Translations under genes and position numbers: made by a program
Source of the DNA: Candidatus Iainarchaeum sp.
Lineage (GTDB): Archaea; Iainarchaeota; Iainarchaeia; Iainarchaeales; JAZDFD01
Assembly (NCBI GenBank): GCA_043808155.1
Contig: JAZDFD010000034.1
Location: 739-64,738 of the forward strand
Direction of reading: 5' to 3'
DNA length: 64,000 nt
The notes under the pieces: model-generated
Databases searched by the model: none
What the model was told of the DNA's origin: nothing
The model's input: the letters and a program-made list of their open reading frames with translations, nothing else
Shown here: positions 26,404-36,946 of the stretch, piece by piece
Position numbering within the stretch: the stretch's first letter is position 1
Layout of the letters: the number at the start of each line of letters is the position of its first letter

Positions 26404-26607
26404 ATGGCAGGGGACAAAAAATCAGAACTTTTTGAAGTCACTGGGACTTATTTAGAAGCTAAAACTATGAAAAAATTCACAAAAAGAGTGGAAGCATTCA
26501 ATGAAAAACATGCAATGGAAAGAATAATGTCTTTAATAGGTTCTAAACATAAAACTAAACGTAAGGATATTAAAATAACCGAAGCTAAAAAAGCAGAGGG
26601 GCGATAA
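26404..26607 (+). CDS. rplX: ribosomal protein LX (eL20 family)
   Basis: FEVTGTY....MKKFTKRVEAFNEKHAMERIMSLIGSKHKTKRKDIKI. Cluster position. Confidence 0.7.
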   Translation: MAGDKKSELFEVTGTYLEAKTMKKFTKRVEAFNEKHAMERIMSLIGSKHKTKRKDIKITEAKKAEGR

Positions 26608-27045
26608 ATGATGGCTGAAAAAAAAGAAATTAAACTTACTGGTCAGCAGGCAGTAAGATTATTTGAATCAGAAAAAGCGAAAATGGGTGTTGTCCAGAGA
26701 AAAATGGAAAGCATTCAGGGCATTATTAGTGAATTGAATAATGCAATTTTAGCACTTGAAGAAATCAACAAAATAAAAAGTGAAGCTCCTTTTCTTGTGC
26801 CTTTAGGTGCAGGGGTTTACGTTGAAGCAAAACTTGAAAACACAAAAAATGCCAAGCATTCACTAGCAGGCAGTATCATGATTGATGAAAAAGTTGAAGA
26901 AATTGTAAAGAAATTAAATTCTCAGAGAAAAGACGCATTACAAAATATGGGAACTTTACAAAAAGAAGGACAAGCACTATCATCAAATCTGAATAATTTG
27001 GGAATGATTTTAAACCAAATGAATGCACAACAAAACGCAAAATAA
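26608..27045 (+). CDS. pfdA: prefoldin alpha subunit
   Basis: Coiled coil, then a beta-hairpin segment (LVPLGAGVYVEAKL), then coiled coil. Cluster position before ftsY. Confidence 0.75.
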   Translation: MMAEKKEIKLTGQQAVRLFESEKAKMGVVQRKMESIQGIISELNNAILALEEINKIKSEAPFLVPLGAGVYVEAKLENTKNAKHSLAGSIMIDEKVEEIVKKLNSQRKDALQNMGTLQKEGQALSSNLNNLGMILNQMNAQQNAK

Positions 27046-28033
27046 CGTGCTGGAAATGTTTGATGCCCTAAAGAAAAAAATTTCTTCTTTTACTTCTAAA
27101 TTAAAGGAGACTTCAGAGGAAGCTCATGAAGTTCCTGAAAAACGCGAAATTAAAGCAAAGGTTTCTTTGGGAAGTTCAGTAAAAAGTATTGTTACGGGTC
27201 ACATACATATTGGTGAAAAAGATCTCAAAGATTTGTTGTGGGAATTGGAACTGTCATTATTAGAGGCAGATGTTGAACAGGGAACTGCGCAGGAAATTAC
27301 TTCTGAAATTCATAAAGAATTAGTTGGCACAGATGTTCCGAGAAATGAGTTTGATTCTTTTGTTAAGAAAAAAATTAAAGAAAGTCTTGCGCGTGTTATG
27401 CAGGCAGAGAAAGTAAATATTCTTGAAAAACTTTCTGAAAAAAAACCACTTGTGATTCTTTTTTTAGGTCCAAATGGTGCAGGTAAAACAACTACTATTG
27501 CAAAGATTGCACACCTACTGCAGAAGAACGGGAAAAAAGTTATTCTTGCTGCAAGTGATACATTCAGAGCAGCCTCAATTGAACAGCTTGAGACTCATGC
27601 CTCACGTTTGGGAGTGAGGCTTGTGAAACACAATTACGGGAGTGACCCTGCAGCTGTTGCTTTTGATGCAGTGAAGGCTGCAGAAGCTAAAGGATTTGAT
27701 GCAGTTTTAATTGATTCTGCAGGCAGACAGGATACAAACAAAAATTTAATGAGAGAGCTTGAAAAAATTTCACGTGTTGTTAAACCAGATTTGAAGATTT
27801 TTATTGGTGAAGCACTTTCAGGTCAGAATCTTCTGAATCAGGCATCAGAGTTTGATAAAGCTTTGGGACTTGACGGATTTATACTTACTAAAATTGATAC
27901 TGATGCAAAAGGCGGAACAACAATTTCACTTATTTACAAACTGAAAAAACCAGTTCTTTTTGTGGGAACAGGACAGGAATATGATGATCTTTTGGAATTC
28001 ACTCCTGAATACGTTATTGACAGGGTTGTATAA
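27023..28033 (+). CDS. ftsY: signal recognition particle receptor FtsY
   Basis: GPNGAGKTTTIAKIA, DTFRAA, DSAGRQ, TKIDTDAKGG. Confidence 0.9.
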   Translation: MHNKTQNNVLEMFDALKKKISSFTSKLKETSEEAHEVPEKREIKAKVSLGSSVKSIVTGHIHIGEKDLKDLLWELELSLLEADVEQGTAQEITSEIHKELVGTDVPRNEFDSFVKKKIKESLARVMQAEKVNILEKLSEKKPLVILFLGPNGAGKTTTIAKIAHLLQKNGKKVILAASDTFRAASIEQLETHASRLGVRLVKHNYGSDPAAVAFDAVKAAEAKGFDAVLIDSAGRQDTNKNLMRELEKISRVVKPDLKIFIGEALSGQNLLNQASEFDKALGLDGFILTKIDTDAKGGTTISLIYKLKKPVLFVGTGQEYDDLLEFTPEYVIDRVV

Positions 28034-28113
28034 GGGCTCAGCATAAAAGAATAAATTATATTAGTGAAACTGCTAAGCAAACAATTTTATCATATTGTGA
28101 GTTTATTATTAAT

Positions 28114-29334
28114 ATGGTCCATAAAAGAAAGCTACTTCCGGTTCATGCTCTGAAAATATCAAAACTTTTGGAAAAAGGTAAGGGACGTAAAGAAATTGCA
28201 GACATAATGGAAAGAGACCATAATCTGAATCCAGTTACTGTTGCAACTTTTGTAAGCAGACACTTCTCCAAAGCAAAGATTGGAGAGGCAGAAAGTATTG
28301 AGGCATTGTTATGGGAATGGCGCGGGAGTGTTAAAAGCAAATATGACACATGGAAAAATATGAGTAAATCGTCAAGAAAGGCTTCAGCAAGAATGACGCC
28401 TGAAGCACGCAGTGAGAGAGGACGAAAAAGAGCAAGAACAATGGGGAAAGATGGGTTGCAAAGGGCAAGACAAAAACAAATTGAAACAATGGGTCCGGAG
28501 GGATTAAAACGAGCTGCATTAAAACGAGTGGACACTATCGGTTCAGAGTTCAGTAAAATAGCACAGACAAGAGAGGCGGGTATGTCCGCAGAAGCGAAAA
28601 GTGCAAGAGCGATAAAAGGGGCGGAAACACTTGGAACTGAAGGACGCAAAGCGAGAGCGAAAAAAGGAATGGACACTTTGGGTTCTGAAGGAAGAAGTGC
28701 AAGAGCAATTAAATCTGCCAAAACAGTTGGAAGTGAAAGAAGAAGTGAAATGAAAAAATTATGGTGGTCAAAACTAACAAAAGCGGAAAGAAGTGCAATA
28801 ATCCGAAAACAATGGGAAGGTTTAACTCCAAAAGAAAGGAGCCAAAAGGCAATATATATGCAGGCAGGTATGACTGCAGAAGACTTTAGCGCTAGAGCAA
28901 TAAAACGAGAAGCGTCTATGCCTGCAGATGTTAAAACTGCAAGAGCACAAAAAGCTGCAGATACAAGAAGAAGGAAAAAGTACGGACATCTTTTATATTT
29001 GGAAAAGCTTCCAGAATTGTATCTCTTAAATGAAAGCGAAGTATTAAGCTTGTATAAAGAAAAACAGGGAATTTTAATTTCATTAACAAATAAATTTAGA
29101 AGACGAGAAGATTATGAGGATATTACAACGATTGGAAAATTGGGAGTATTTGAGGCTTTTATAAGATGGGATAAAAAAATGAATTTGAATAAGCTAATAG
29201 AAGATTGCATAAAATATAATCTAATTAAATATTTTTCAGAAGATAAAGGATACATGCTGCAACAGCTTACACGCTTTGCAGAGTCTGATGCTAAAGAAGC
29301 AGGACTGAAAACAGACAAACTGTGGAATGTTTAA
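28114..29334 (+). CDS. HTH-like N-terminus + about 12 tandem 16-aa Arg/Lys/Ala-rich repeats + alpha-helical C-terminal domain; function unknown
   Basis: Repeat units such as KSARAIKGAETLGTEG, RKARAKKGMDTLGSEG and RSARAIKSAKTVGSER. N-terminal GRKEIADIM...VTVATFVSR. Confidence 0.5.
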   Translation: MVHKRKLLPVHALKISKLLEKGKGRKEIADIMERDHNLNPVTVATFVSRHFSKAKIGEAESIEALLWEWRGSVKSKYDTWKNMSKSSRKASARMTPEARSERGRKRARTMGKDGLQRARQKQIETMGPEGLKRAALKRVDTIGSEFSKIAQTREAGMSAEAKSARAIKGAETLGTEGRKARAKKGMDTLGSEGRSARAIKSAKTVGSERRSEMKKLWWSKLTKAERSAIIRKQWEGLTPKERSQKAIYMQAGMTAEDFSARAIKREASMPADVKTARAQKAADTRRRKKYGHLLYLEKLPELYLLNESEVLSLYKEKQGILISLTNKFRRREDYEDITTIGKLGVFEAFIRWDKKMNLNKLIEDCIKYNLIKYFSEDKGYMLQQLTRFAESDAKEAGLKTDKLWNV

Positions 29335-29412
29335 TTAGCCTCGCTTGTGAAAAAGTCTGTTGGGGAAAAAATATTATAGATTGTGCTGCTTTATTTAAGT
29401 GAGTGATGTAAT

Positions 29413-30771
29413 ATGACCCTTGGGGAAAATTTAAGGAAAGCTATTGAGAGCCTTAAGAAAATGACAGTAATGGACCGAGCTGCGATTAAAGAGGTAGTGA
29501 AGGAACTGCAGAGAGCTTTAATTGCCAGTGATGTCGAGGTTTCATTAGTTCTTGAACTGAGCAAAAAAATTGAAGATGCTGCAACAGTTGAGCTCCCTAA
29601 AGGTTTGACACGCAGGGAGCATGTGATTAAAACTACTTATGATTTGCTTGCAGGTTTGCTTGGCAGAAAAACTAAAATTCCCGAAGACCCTAAACGAATT
29701 CTTCTTGTTGGTTTGTTTGGTTCAGGTAAAACAACAACAACAGCTAAACTTGCGAAATATTATATGAAACGCGGTAAGAAAGTTGGTGTTATTGCGGGTG
29801 ATACATACCGGCCTGCTGCTTTTGAACAGTTGCAACAGCTTTCTAAAAAATCTGATATTCATTTTTATGGAAATAAAAAAGAAACAAATGCCCCCCAAGT
29901 AGTTGAAGAAGGTCTGAAAGAATTTAAGGGTTATGATTTAGTGATTACAGATTCTGCAGGGAGAAGTGCATTGGATAATGATTTGGTAAAAGAACTCAAA
30001 GAGATTCACAAAGCGTTTAAGCCAGATGAAACATGGCTAGTGCTGAGTGCAGATATTGGACAGGTTGCAAAAAAGCAGGCAAATGCATTTCATGATGCTG
30101 TTGGCGTGAATGGGGTAATAATTACAAAAATAGATGGTTCATCAAAAGGGGGGGGTGCATTAGCAGCATGCAATGAAACTAAAGCCGGAGTTTTATTTTT
30201 AGGAACTGGTGAAAAAATAAATGATCTGGAAGAATTTGATGCCGAAAGATATCTGAGCAGGATAATGGGTTATGGTGATCTGCAGGCACTGCTTGAAAAA
30301 GTTAAGGACCTTGAAGAAGATGACACACTATCACCGGAAGAAATTTTTGAAGGCAATTTTAATATGCGGGTTTTTTATCATCAATTGAAAGCAGCAGGTA
30401 AAATTGGGACGATGGATAAAATCGCAGAAATGATTGGCTTGAAAATGGAAATGCCGGCAGAACAATTGCAGATTGGGGAAGATAAATTAAAAGGTTTTAA
30501 AGTTATAATGGACTCAATGACTGCAGAGGAACTTGAAGAACCTGATTTGTTAAATAATTCAAGAATTAAAAGAGTTGCAAGGGGTTCCGGAAAAACAGAC
30601 GCAGATGTGCGTGAGCTGATAAAACAATACAAACAAATGAAAAATGTATTTAAGAAAATGAAGAAATTTTCAGATCCAAAGAAACTTGAGAAGATGCAGA
30701 AAACCGGTGACTTTGGAAAAATGTTTTCGGGAATGGGTAAAAAGAAAAAAAAGAAATTTAGATTTAGGTGA
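29413..30771 (+). CDS. srp54: signal recognition particle protein SRP54
   Basis: GLFGSGKTTTTAKLA, DTYRPAA, DSAGR, TKIDGSSKGG, Met-rich M domain. Confidence 0.92.
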   Translation: MTLGENLRKAIESLKKMTVMDRAAIKEVVKELQRALIASDVEVSLVLELSKKIEDAATVELPKGLTRREHVIKTTYDLLAGLLGRKTKIPEDPKRILLVGLFGSGKTTTTAKLAKYYMKRGKKVGVIAGDTYRPAAFEQLQQLSKKSDIHFYGNKKETNAPQVVEEGLKEFKGYDLVITDSAGRSALDNDLVKELKEIHKAFKPDETWLVLSADIGQVAKKQANAFHDAVGVNGVIITKIDGSSKGGGALAACNETKAGVLFLGTGEKINDLEEFDAERYLSRIMGYGDLQALLEKVKDLEEDDTLSPEEIFEGNFNMRVFYHQLKAAGKIGTMDKIAEMIGLKMEMPAEQLQIGEDKLKGFKVIMDSMTAEELEEPDLLNNSRIKRVARGSGKTDADVRELIKQYKQMKNVFKKMKKFSDPKKLEKMQKTGDFGKMFSGMGKKKKKKFRFR

Positions 30772-30794
30772 AAGAAAAAAAGAGTGTGAACTAA

Positions 30795-31616
30795 ATGGAA
30801 ATTTACAGTATTGAATTTTTGAGAATTGCGATTATTTTAATCGGATGTGCGATTGCAGCATACTCTGATTTTAAAACGGGTTTAATTTATGACAAAGTAA
30901 CATATGCAATGATTGGTTTGGGCTTGATTTTGAATGCGTTAGAATTTGATTTAATGCTTTTTAGTGTTGGAACTGCAGTTTTTGTTTGCGGATATGTTGC
31001 TTACAGATTAGGTAAAGTCGGTGGTGGAGATGTAAAACTTCTTACGGGAATTGCTTTGCTACTTCCATTCTACGGAGATTTTATCTTTGTTGTAAATGTT
31101 GTTTTTGCAGCCTCGGCAATTTCAGTTATTGTACTTGCAACCTACTACTCCCTGAAGTATGCAAAAAAAGGAATTGAGTGGAAATCGGAATTACCAGGAA
31201 TTATTCAGGCGGGGTTCTTTGGTGCTGCGATAATTCTTTACTTTGGATTACTTTTCCAGATGAAACTTATCAGTTTTGATGGTGCTGTGTTAATGGCAGG
31301 AATTTTGTTATTTGCATTATTGTTTTTAGCATTACAACATGGGATAAGAAAGAATTTCTTTCTGAAAGAAGTAGAACTTGGTAAACTTGAAGAAGATGAA
31401 GTTCTGGCGGATGAATTCATTGGGAAAGAAACTAAAGATGCACTTGGATTGAAATTCAAGGGCGTATTAGGAGAAAAGGAGATTGCAAAATTGAAGGAAA
31501 TGGGAGTCGCGAAGGTGCCTGTTTACAGAGATATGCCGCCATTTGCACCGTTTATTTTAATAGGTGTTTTGATTTCATTATTGGAACCGAATTTTATTGG
31601 TTTGATTTTTATTTAA
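30795..31616 (+). CDS. A24-family prepilin/preflagellin peptidase (membrane aspartyl protease)
   Basis: Polytopic membrane protein with Asp motifs AYSDFKTGLIYD and GGGDVKLL. Confidence 0.7.
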   Translation: MEIYSIEFLRIAIILIGCAIAAYSDFKTGLIYDKVTYAMIGLGLILNALEFDLMLFSVGTAVFVCGYVAYRLGKVGGGDVKLLTGIALLLPFYGDFIFVVNVVFAASAISVIVLATYYSLKYAKKGIEWKSELPGIIQAGFFGAAIILYFGLLFQMKLISFDGAVLMAGILLFALLFLALQHGIRKNFFLKEVELGKLEEDEVLADEFIGKETKDALGLKFKGVLGEKEIAKLKEMGVAKVPVYRDMPPFAPFILIGVLISLLEPNFIGLIFI

Positions 31617-31637
31617 GTAAACATTAATAATTGAAGT

Positions 31638-32546
31638 TTGTATAGTGATATTATGAAAATATTAGTTACTGGCTCAGCTGGTTTTATTGGAAAGAAATTA
31701 GTCCGTGCTTTGAGAAGAAACAGGCATCAGGTTATTGAATTTTCACATAGTAAAGAAAATGATGTGACTGATTTTAAGCAGATAAATTCTGCCCTTAAGG
31801 GCGTGGATGTAGTTTATCATCTTGCTGCAGTGCTTGATGAAACAAAAAAATCAGAAATGAGAAAAGTAAATGTTAGGGGAACTGAGAATGCACTGGAAGC
31901 AGCAGCAAAAAACAATGTTCAGCAATTCATCTATTTGAGCAGTATTGGCGTATATGGTAATTTTAAAGGAAAAGCAGATGAAAGTTTTCCCGTAAATCCT
32001 GAAACAGAGTATGAAAAAACAAAAGCAGATGCTGAAAAATTAGTCTGGGATTATCAGGAAATGCTCCCGGTTACAATTCTTAGAAGTGCGCTTGTTATGG
32101 GTGCAAATAAATACTGGGAAGATATTGTGAATGTTATTGAGAAAGATCTGCCCATGGTTGGAGATGGAAAAAATAAATGGCAGACTGTTTATATTGAAGA
32201 TTTAGTAAGTGCGTTGGTTTTTGTTTTGGGAAAAGAAGAAACATTCGGAGAAATTTATAATATTGCAGAAGAAGATGAACCAACACTGAAAGAGTTATAT
32301 TTTGAAATTAAAAGAAATCTGAAAATGAAATTAGAATTCAAAAGCGTGTCTTCTTTTACGGGAATGTCAATGTCATATTTTAATTTAATTTTAGGAAAAA
32401 ATAAAATTCTGATTCCCGCACATGTTAAACGGTTGCTTAAAAACAGAAATTACAGCATCTCTAAAATCAAGAAACTTGGATGGAAACCAAGATATAATAT
32501 GACCGGCAGTGTTGTGCACACAGTTAATGAATTAAAAGGACATTAA
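31638..32546 (+). CDS. NAD-dependent epimerase/dehydratase (extended SDR)
   Basis: ILVTGSAGFIGKKL Rossmann motif, YEKTK catalytic Y-x3-K. Confidence 0.75.
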   Translation: MYSDIMKILVTGSAGFIGKKLVRALRRNRHQVIEFSHSKENDVTDFKQINSALKGVDVVYHLAAVLDETKKSEMRKVNVRGTENALEAAAKNNVQQFIYLSSIGVYGNFKGKADESFPVNPETEYEKTKADAEKLVWDYQEMLPVTILRSALVMGANKYWEDIVNVIEKDLPMVGDGKNKWQTVYIEDLVSALVFVLGKEETFGEIYNIAEEDEPTLKELYFEIKRNLKMKLEFKSVSSFTGMSMSYFNLILGKNKILIPAHVKRLLKNRNYSISKIKKLGWKPRYNMTGSVVHTVNELKGH

Positions 32547-33334
32547 AGGTTTTTTTCTTTTGCACCTTTTTTTACTGCAGATACGATTGAATCAAAAACT
32601 TTCTTTGCTTTGGTTAAGTCGCCGTTTGTTTTTTCTAATGCAGTTCCCACATGGATTGCATCAGCACCTGCTTTGATTGTCTGATATGCGAACTCGGGAG
32701 TTCTTACTCCACCTGCAACAATTAAAGGAATGTCAATTAGTTTCTTTGTTGCAGTTATCATTTCAGGTGGTGCTGGTTCTGGTGCTCCGCCGCCAGATTC
32801 TAAAATAACTAATTTTGAACCCATGTACTGACCTGCAAGAGCTGTTACTGCTGCTAAATAAGGAAGGTTTCGTGGAACTGGCTGTGCTCTGCCAACCCAT
32901 CCTGCAGCTCTTCCTGGTTCTGCAATTACATATGATGTTGGAATTACTTCCAGACCCAGTTTTTTAACAGGCATTGAAGATGCGATTTGTGCACCTGAAA
33001 TATAATAAGGATCTAATGAATTAAGCATTGACATAAAATAAATTGCATCTGCTTTTCCTGAAAGTGATGCAATATTACCTGGAAAAAGAATTACCGGAAG
33101 TGATGAATTTTCTTTTGCCTGTGTAATGGAATCATCTAAAAGTTTGCCCTGTGCTGAAACTGAGCCTCCGACACATATTGCATCAACTCCGCTTTCTTCA
33201 GCAACTTTTACAAGTTTTCCTGCTGTTTCGGGAGGCTGATTTGGCGGATCGATGACTAAGAAAGTCAAACCTTTTTTTTCTTCAATTAAAGTCATTATTT
33301 TTTTGTAAACTTTTCCATTACATAGGTTCGTCAT
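32543..33334 (-). CDS. geranylgeranylglyceryl phosphate synthase (PcrB/GGGPS family)
   Basis: LVIDPPNQ, GVDAICVGGS, GGGAPEP, VAGGVRTPE. TIM-barrel phosphate-binding pattern. Confidence 0.8.
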   Translation of the reverse strand: MTNLCNGKVYKKIMTLIEEKKGLTFLVIDPPNQPPETAGKLVKVAEESGVDAICVGGSVSAQGKLLDDSITQAKENSSLPVILFPGNIASLSGKADAIYFMSMLNSLDPYYISGAQIASSMPVKKLGLEVIPTSYVIAEPGRAAGWVGRAQPVPRNLPYLAAVTALAGQYMGSKLVILESGGGAPEPAPPEMITATKKLIDIPLIVAGGVRTPEFAYQTIKAGADAIHVGTALEKTNGDLTKAKKVFDSIVSAVKKGAKEKNL

Positions 33335-33373
33335 TCAACCCACCACTATTACGTCAAATATATACCCGAAAAT

Positions 33374-34033
33374 CTATATAAAGCTGTCCTGAGCAATAGC
33401 ACGCGCATACTCAGTATTTTCCTGCTGTTTGGATTTTAGGATATTGCCATGTCCCGGGAGAAGAATATCAAAATCCAGAAGTGAGAGCTTTTTTAGGGAG
33501 TCTAAGAGTTCTTGTCTATTACCTGAAACTAAGTCAAATCTACCGCAGCCTCTGTTAAAGATCGTGTCTCCGGAAAACAGGAGTTTGTGTTTTTTATCAT
33601 AAAAACATACACTTCCTTTTGTGTGGCCAGGGGTGAAAATCACCTGTAATCTGAAGGGATAAGCATCAATAATTTCGTTCTCATAATAGTGGGTTTTTAT
33701 TTTGGGATATTTGTCAGAATTGAGCATTATTGATTGTGTGAAAATTGGATCTTTCATATTCACGTACTGGGCGTCATAGGAGTGCATTCTGATTTCAGTG
33801 GATTTGAAGGCAGAATCTGCTTCAAAATGATCAGCGTGTCCATGGGTATGCAATACCCCATCGATTGCCCCTGATGTGAAGCCAAGAGAGCTCAGAGAAT
33901 CTAATATATTAGAGGTGTTTTTTGCAAGGCTAGTGTCTATCAGAAGGGTTTTTTTGCCCACTAAGAGGTAGCAATTACTGCCCTCATTCGGGCTGTAAAA
34001 CGCGTATAAATTTGGGAGTACTTCTTCAAACAT
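33374..34033 (-). CDS. MBL-fold metallo-hydrolase
   Basis: HTHGHADH motif, TPGHTKGS, later His/Asp ligands (LPGHG). Confidence 0.75.
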   Translation of the reverse strand: MFEEVLPNLYAFYSPNEGSNCYLLVGKKTLLIDTSLAKNTSNILDSLSSLGFTSGAIDGVLHTHGHADHFEADSAFKSTEIRMHSYDAQYVNMKDPIFTQSIMLNSDKYPKIKTHYYENEIIDAYPFRLQVIFTPGHTKGSVCFYDKKHKLLFSGDTIFNRGCGRFDLVSGNRQELLDSLKKLSLLDFDILLPGHGNILKSKQQENTEYARAIAQDSFI

Positions 34034-34086
34034 TCAGAAAATAATAGCTTTTGGATTTTATAAGAGTTGGTGTTATAAAACAGGCT

Positions 34087-35421
34087 TCACCAAAATAGGT
34101 AGGCCCATGTTGTTAAAACTAAAATTCCGATTACTGCAATTATCAATCCGGATATTGCCATGTCTTTTGCTTTGATGTAACCTGAAGAATATGCAATTGT
34201 GTTTGGCGGTGTGCCCACGGGAACAATAAAATCAAGTGAAACTCCGATTGCTGCTGCAACAACTAAAATTTTTGGGTCAATGTTAAGGAGCAATGCAAGC
34301 GGGATTACAAGAGGAAGCATTATTGCAGCTGATGCAGTATTTGAAGCCGCAATTGAAAGTATAAATGCAAAAGCAATGACTATTAAAAGAATTAAGAAAT
34401 AGGGCTGATTAATTACAAAGGATTCGAGAACTTTTGCTATTTCTAAATCAAGTCCTGAGGTGTGAATTGCAGTTCCTAACGCAAGTCCACCTCCGAAAAG
34501 AAGTAATGCAGCCCAGTTTATTTTTGAAATGTCTTCTGTTTTTAGTAAACCTAAAATATATAAAAGAATGAATGGTACTAATGCAATTGTTGCATTATTA
34601 AGTCCTGTGAATGTTGTTGTAAGCCATAGTGCAACAGTTATGATAAAAATTCCGGAAACTAATTTTTGATTTTTATTTAATGGTTCAACAGAGAAACCAG
34701 TTTTTAGTGAATTGATTTCTGGTTTGAATAATTTCATAAGCACAAACCACGTAACGGGAATCATTATCAAAACAAGTGGCATTGCATAAAACATCCAGTC
34801 AAGAAACGAAAGTGAAATTGCATTATCTGCTAAAAATTTCGCAGACATTGCATTTGGTGTTGAGCCAATTAAGGTTCCGATTCCGCCTAATGTTGCAGCA
34901 TATGCAACTCCCAAAACAATTGCTTTTCCGAAGTTTGAAGACAGAGGCTTGAGATTATTTTTTGCAAGAATGATAAGTGCGATGGGGAGTATTACTGCAG
35001 TTGATGCAGTGTTTGTCATCCACATGGAAAGAAATGCAGTAAGCGCCATTATCCCGAAAAGAATTTTTCCCGGAGACGCGCCAACTTTGTTTACAATAGT
35101 GTAAGTTATTGTTTCATCTAATTTGTGTTTTTGCATTCCAAGTGCAAGAACAAAGCCTCCGAAAATTAAAACAACGACAGGATCAAAAAATGGGGCAAAT
35201 GTTTCCTGAGGCGTAAATCCACCGAGCGTAATCAGAAGAAATGCAGCAAGAAGTGAGGTTACGTGAAGAGGTAGGATTTCAGTAAACCAAAAAATCATTG
35301 TAAAAACTAAAATTGCAAGGACAATCTGAGCCTGCGGAGCGATTGGTAAGGGAATAGTCCAAAGAATTACAGAAAGCACAATTGCGAAAAGCGCAGTTAT
35401 TATCCGCAATTTTTTATCCAT
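34087..35421 (-). CDS. DASS/SLC13-type anion (dicarboxylate/sulfate) symporter
   Basis: Polytopic. Duplicated hairpin-tip motifs MTNTASTAV and ASNTASAAIM. Confidence 0.75.
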   Translation of the reverse strand: MDKKLRIITALFAIVLSVILWTIPLPIAPQAQIVLAILVFTMIFWFTEILPLHVTSLLAAFLLITLGGFTPQETFAPFFDPVVVLIFGGFVLALGMQKHKLDETITYTIVNKVGASPGKILFGIMALTAFLSMWMTNTASTAVILPIALIILAKNNLKPLSSNFGKAIVLGVAYAATLGGIGTLIGSTPNAMSAKFLADNAISLSFLDWMFYAMPLVLIMIPVTWFVLMKLFKPEINSLKTGFSVEPLNKNQKLVSGIFIITVALWLTTTFTGLNNATIALVPFILLYILGLLKTEDISKINWAALLLFGGGLALGTAIHTSGLDLEIAKVLESFVINQPYFLILLIVIAFAFILSIAASNTASAAIMLPLVIPLALLLNIDPKILVVAAAIGVSLDFIVPVGTPPNTIAYSSGYIKAKDMAISGLIIAVIGILVLTTWAYLFW

Positions 35422-35453
35422 GCTTAAATTAGGTCATTTTATTTAATAAGTTT

Positions 35454-36803
35454 TTGCAGTCCATACTTATAATGCCTGAAGACTTTGACAACCCAAATTC
35501 AATAATTGAAAAAATTATTGAAAAAACAGGGAAAAGCATGAATGAGGTTGAAGCCCTCATTAATGAGAAAAAAGAAAAATTCTCAGGTTTGCTTACGGAT
35601 TCTGGAGCTGCATTTATGGTTGCAAAAGAGCTCAATGTTAAAGTTGATGCAACTTCTGCGTCAACAGAGTTTACAAAAATTTCTAAATTAGAAGACGGAA
35701 TTCAGAATGTTGATGTTTTAGTTAAAGTACTGCAGGTTTTTTCAGCAAGGGAATTTGAAAAGTCCGGAAAGAAAGGTTTGCTTTGTAATTTAGTTGTTGC
35801 AGATGAAACTGGCGAAATCAGACTTACACTTTGGAACAAAGAAGCAGAACGAATTCAAAATGAACAAATTCAGAAAGGAGATGTACTGATGCTGAAAAAC
35901 TGTTATGTTTCATCTTACAATGACAGAAAACAATTGAGCTTAGGTTATTCTGGTGAAATGATAATTAATCCTGAAGAGCAAAAAGTTGATGTTTCTATTT
36001 CTGAAAATAAATTAACAAAACTTGAAGAGTTAAAACCTGAAATGAGTGATGTTGATAGTGTTGCAAGAATTTTGAGAATTTATCCTGCAACTGAGTTTTC
36101 ACATGAAGGACGGAAGGGGAAGGTTTTGAATTTTCAAATTTCAGATGGTTCTGCAATTATGAGGGCTACAGCATGGAATGACATTGCAGATCAGGTTATG
36201 GCACTCTCGGAAAATGATTTAATAAAAATTGAAAGCGCATACACAAAACAGGGTATGCGCGGTTTAGAATTACATTTGGGCTGGAAGGCGAGAATTATTG
36301 AAAACCCAAAAATTGATTTTGAAATTCCTGAAGCCGACAAATTAATGAAAGTTGAAACTGAAAAGAAAACAATTAATCAGCTTGCGGATGGGGACAAATA
36401 TGTGCAGGTGGACGCGAAAGTTTCAGGAATTCAGCAGGGGAGATTTCATTACAAAGTTTGTCCAACCTGTGGAAAGAAACTTCAGACATTGGATACGGGT
36501 TATGTGTGCGAGAAATGCGGACAAATCAGGGAACCAGAAATTAATTTAGTTGTTGGTGCAGAAATTGAAGATGATACTGGAAAAATTAATGCAGTCTTTT
36601 ATGAGAAAGATGCTGAAAAGTTTTTGGGTTTCAGCAAAGATGAAATGAAAAAGAAACTTGATGATACAACATTTGAAAATCTGCAGGAAGAATTTGAAAA
36701 CAAGCTTAAGGGAATGGAATTCTTATTCTCGGGATTTGTGCGTGCGAACAAACTAAATGAAGCAGAGAATGATTTTGTTGTGAAGCGTATTGAAGGGAAA
36801 TAA
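35454..36803 (+). CDS. replication protein A (RPA; multiple OB folds + zinc ribbon); likely start ATG 35472
   Basis: Repeated OB-like units (V.V.V..V......F.....G.....L.V.DETG.IR.T.W). CPTCGKKL...CEKCG. Confidence 0.75.
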   Translation: MQSILIMPEDFDNPNSIIEKIIEKTGKSMNEVEALINEKKEKFSGLLTDSGAAFMVAKELNVKVDATSASTEFTKISKLEDGIQNVDVLVKVLQVFSAREFEKSGKKGLLCNLVVADETGEIRLTLWNKEAERIQNEQIQKGDVLMLKNCYVSSYNDRKQLSLGYSGEMIINPEEQKVDVSISENKLTKLEELKPEMSDVDSVARILRIYPATEFSHEGRKGKVLNFQISDGSAIMRATAWNDIADQVMALSENDLIKIESAYTKQGMRGLELHLGWKARIIENPKIDFEIPEADKLMKVETEKKTINQLADGDKYVQVDAKVSGIQQGRFHYKVCPTCGKKLQTLDTGYVCEKCGQIREPEINLVVGAEIEDDTGKINAVFYEKDAEKFLGFSKDEMKKKLDDTTFENLQEEFENKLKGMEFLFSGFVRANKLNEAENDFVVKRIEGK

Positions 36804-36946
36804 TTTCAATGAAAAAGTTCAGCGGAAATCTACTTACACTATCTTTTAAAAACAATGAAACTAATTCTATACAGAAGCAGGTTCAGGGGGCTGTTTTCTT
36901 TGCCAAGATACGAGCTTCAAACGCCCTTGCTTAAGGAGGAATTAAA

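Noticed and set aside
28143-28721. 192-aa antisense ORF inside the repeat-protein gene (and 28331-28519)
   Set aside because: It is a mirror image of the Arg/Ala/Lys-rich repeat region, with a low-complexity translation. The sense ORF is much longer and has structured terminal domains.
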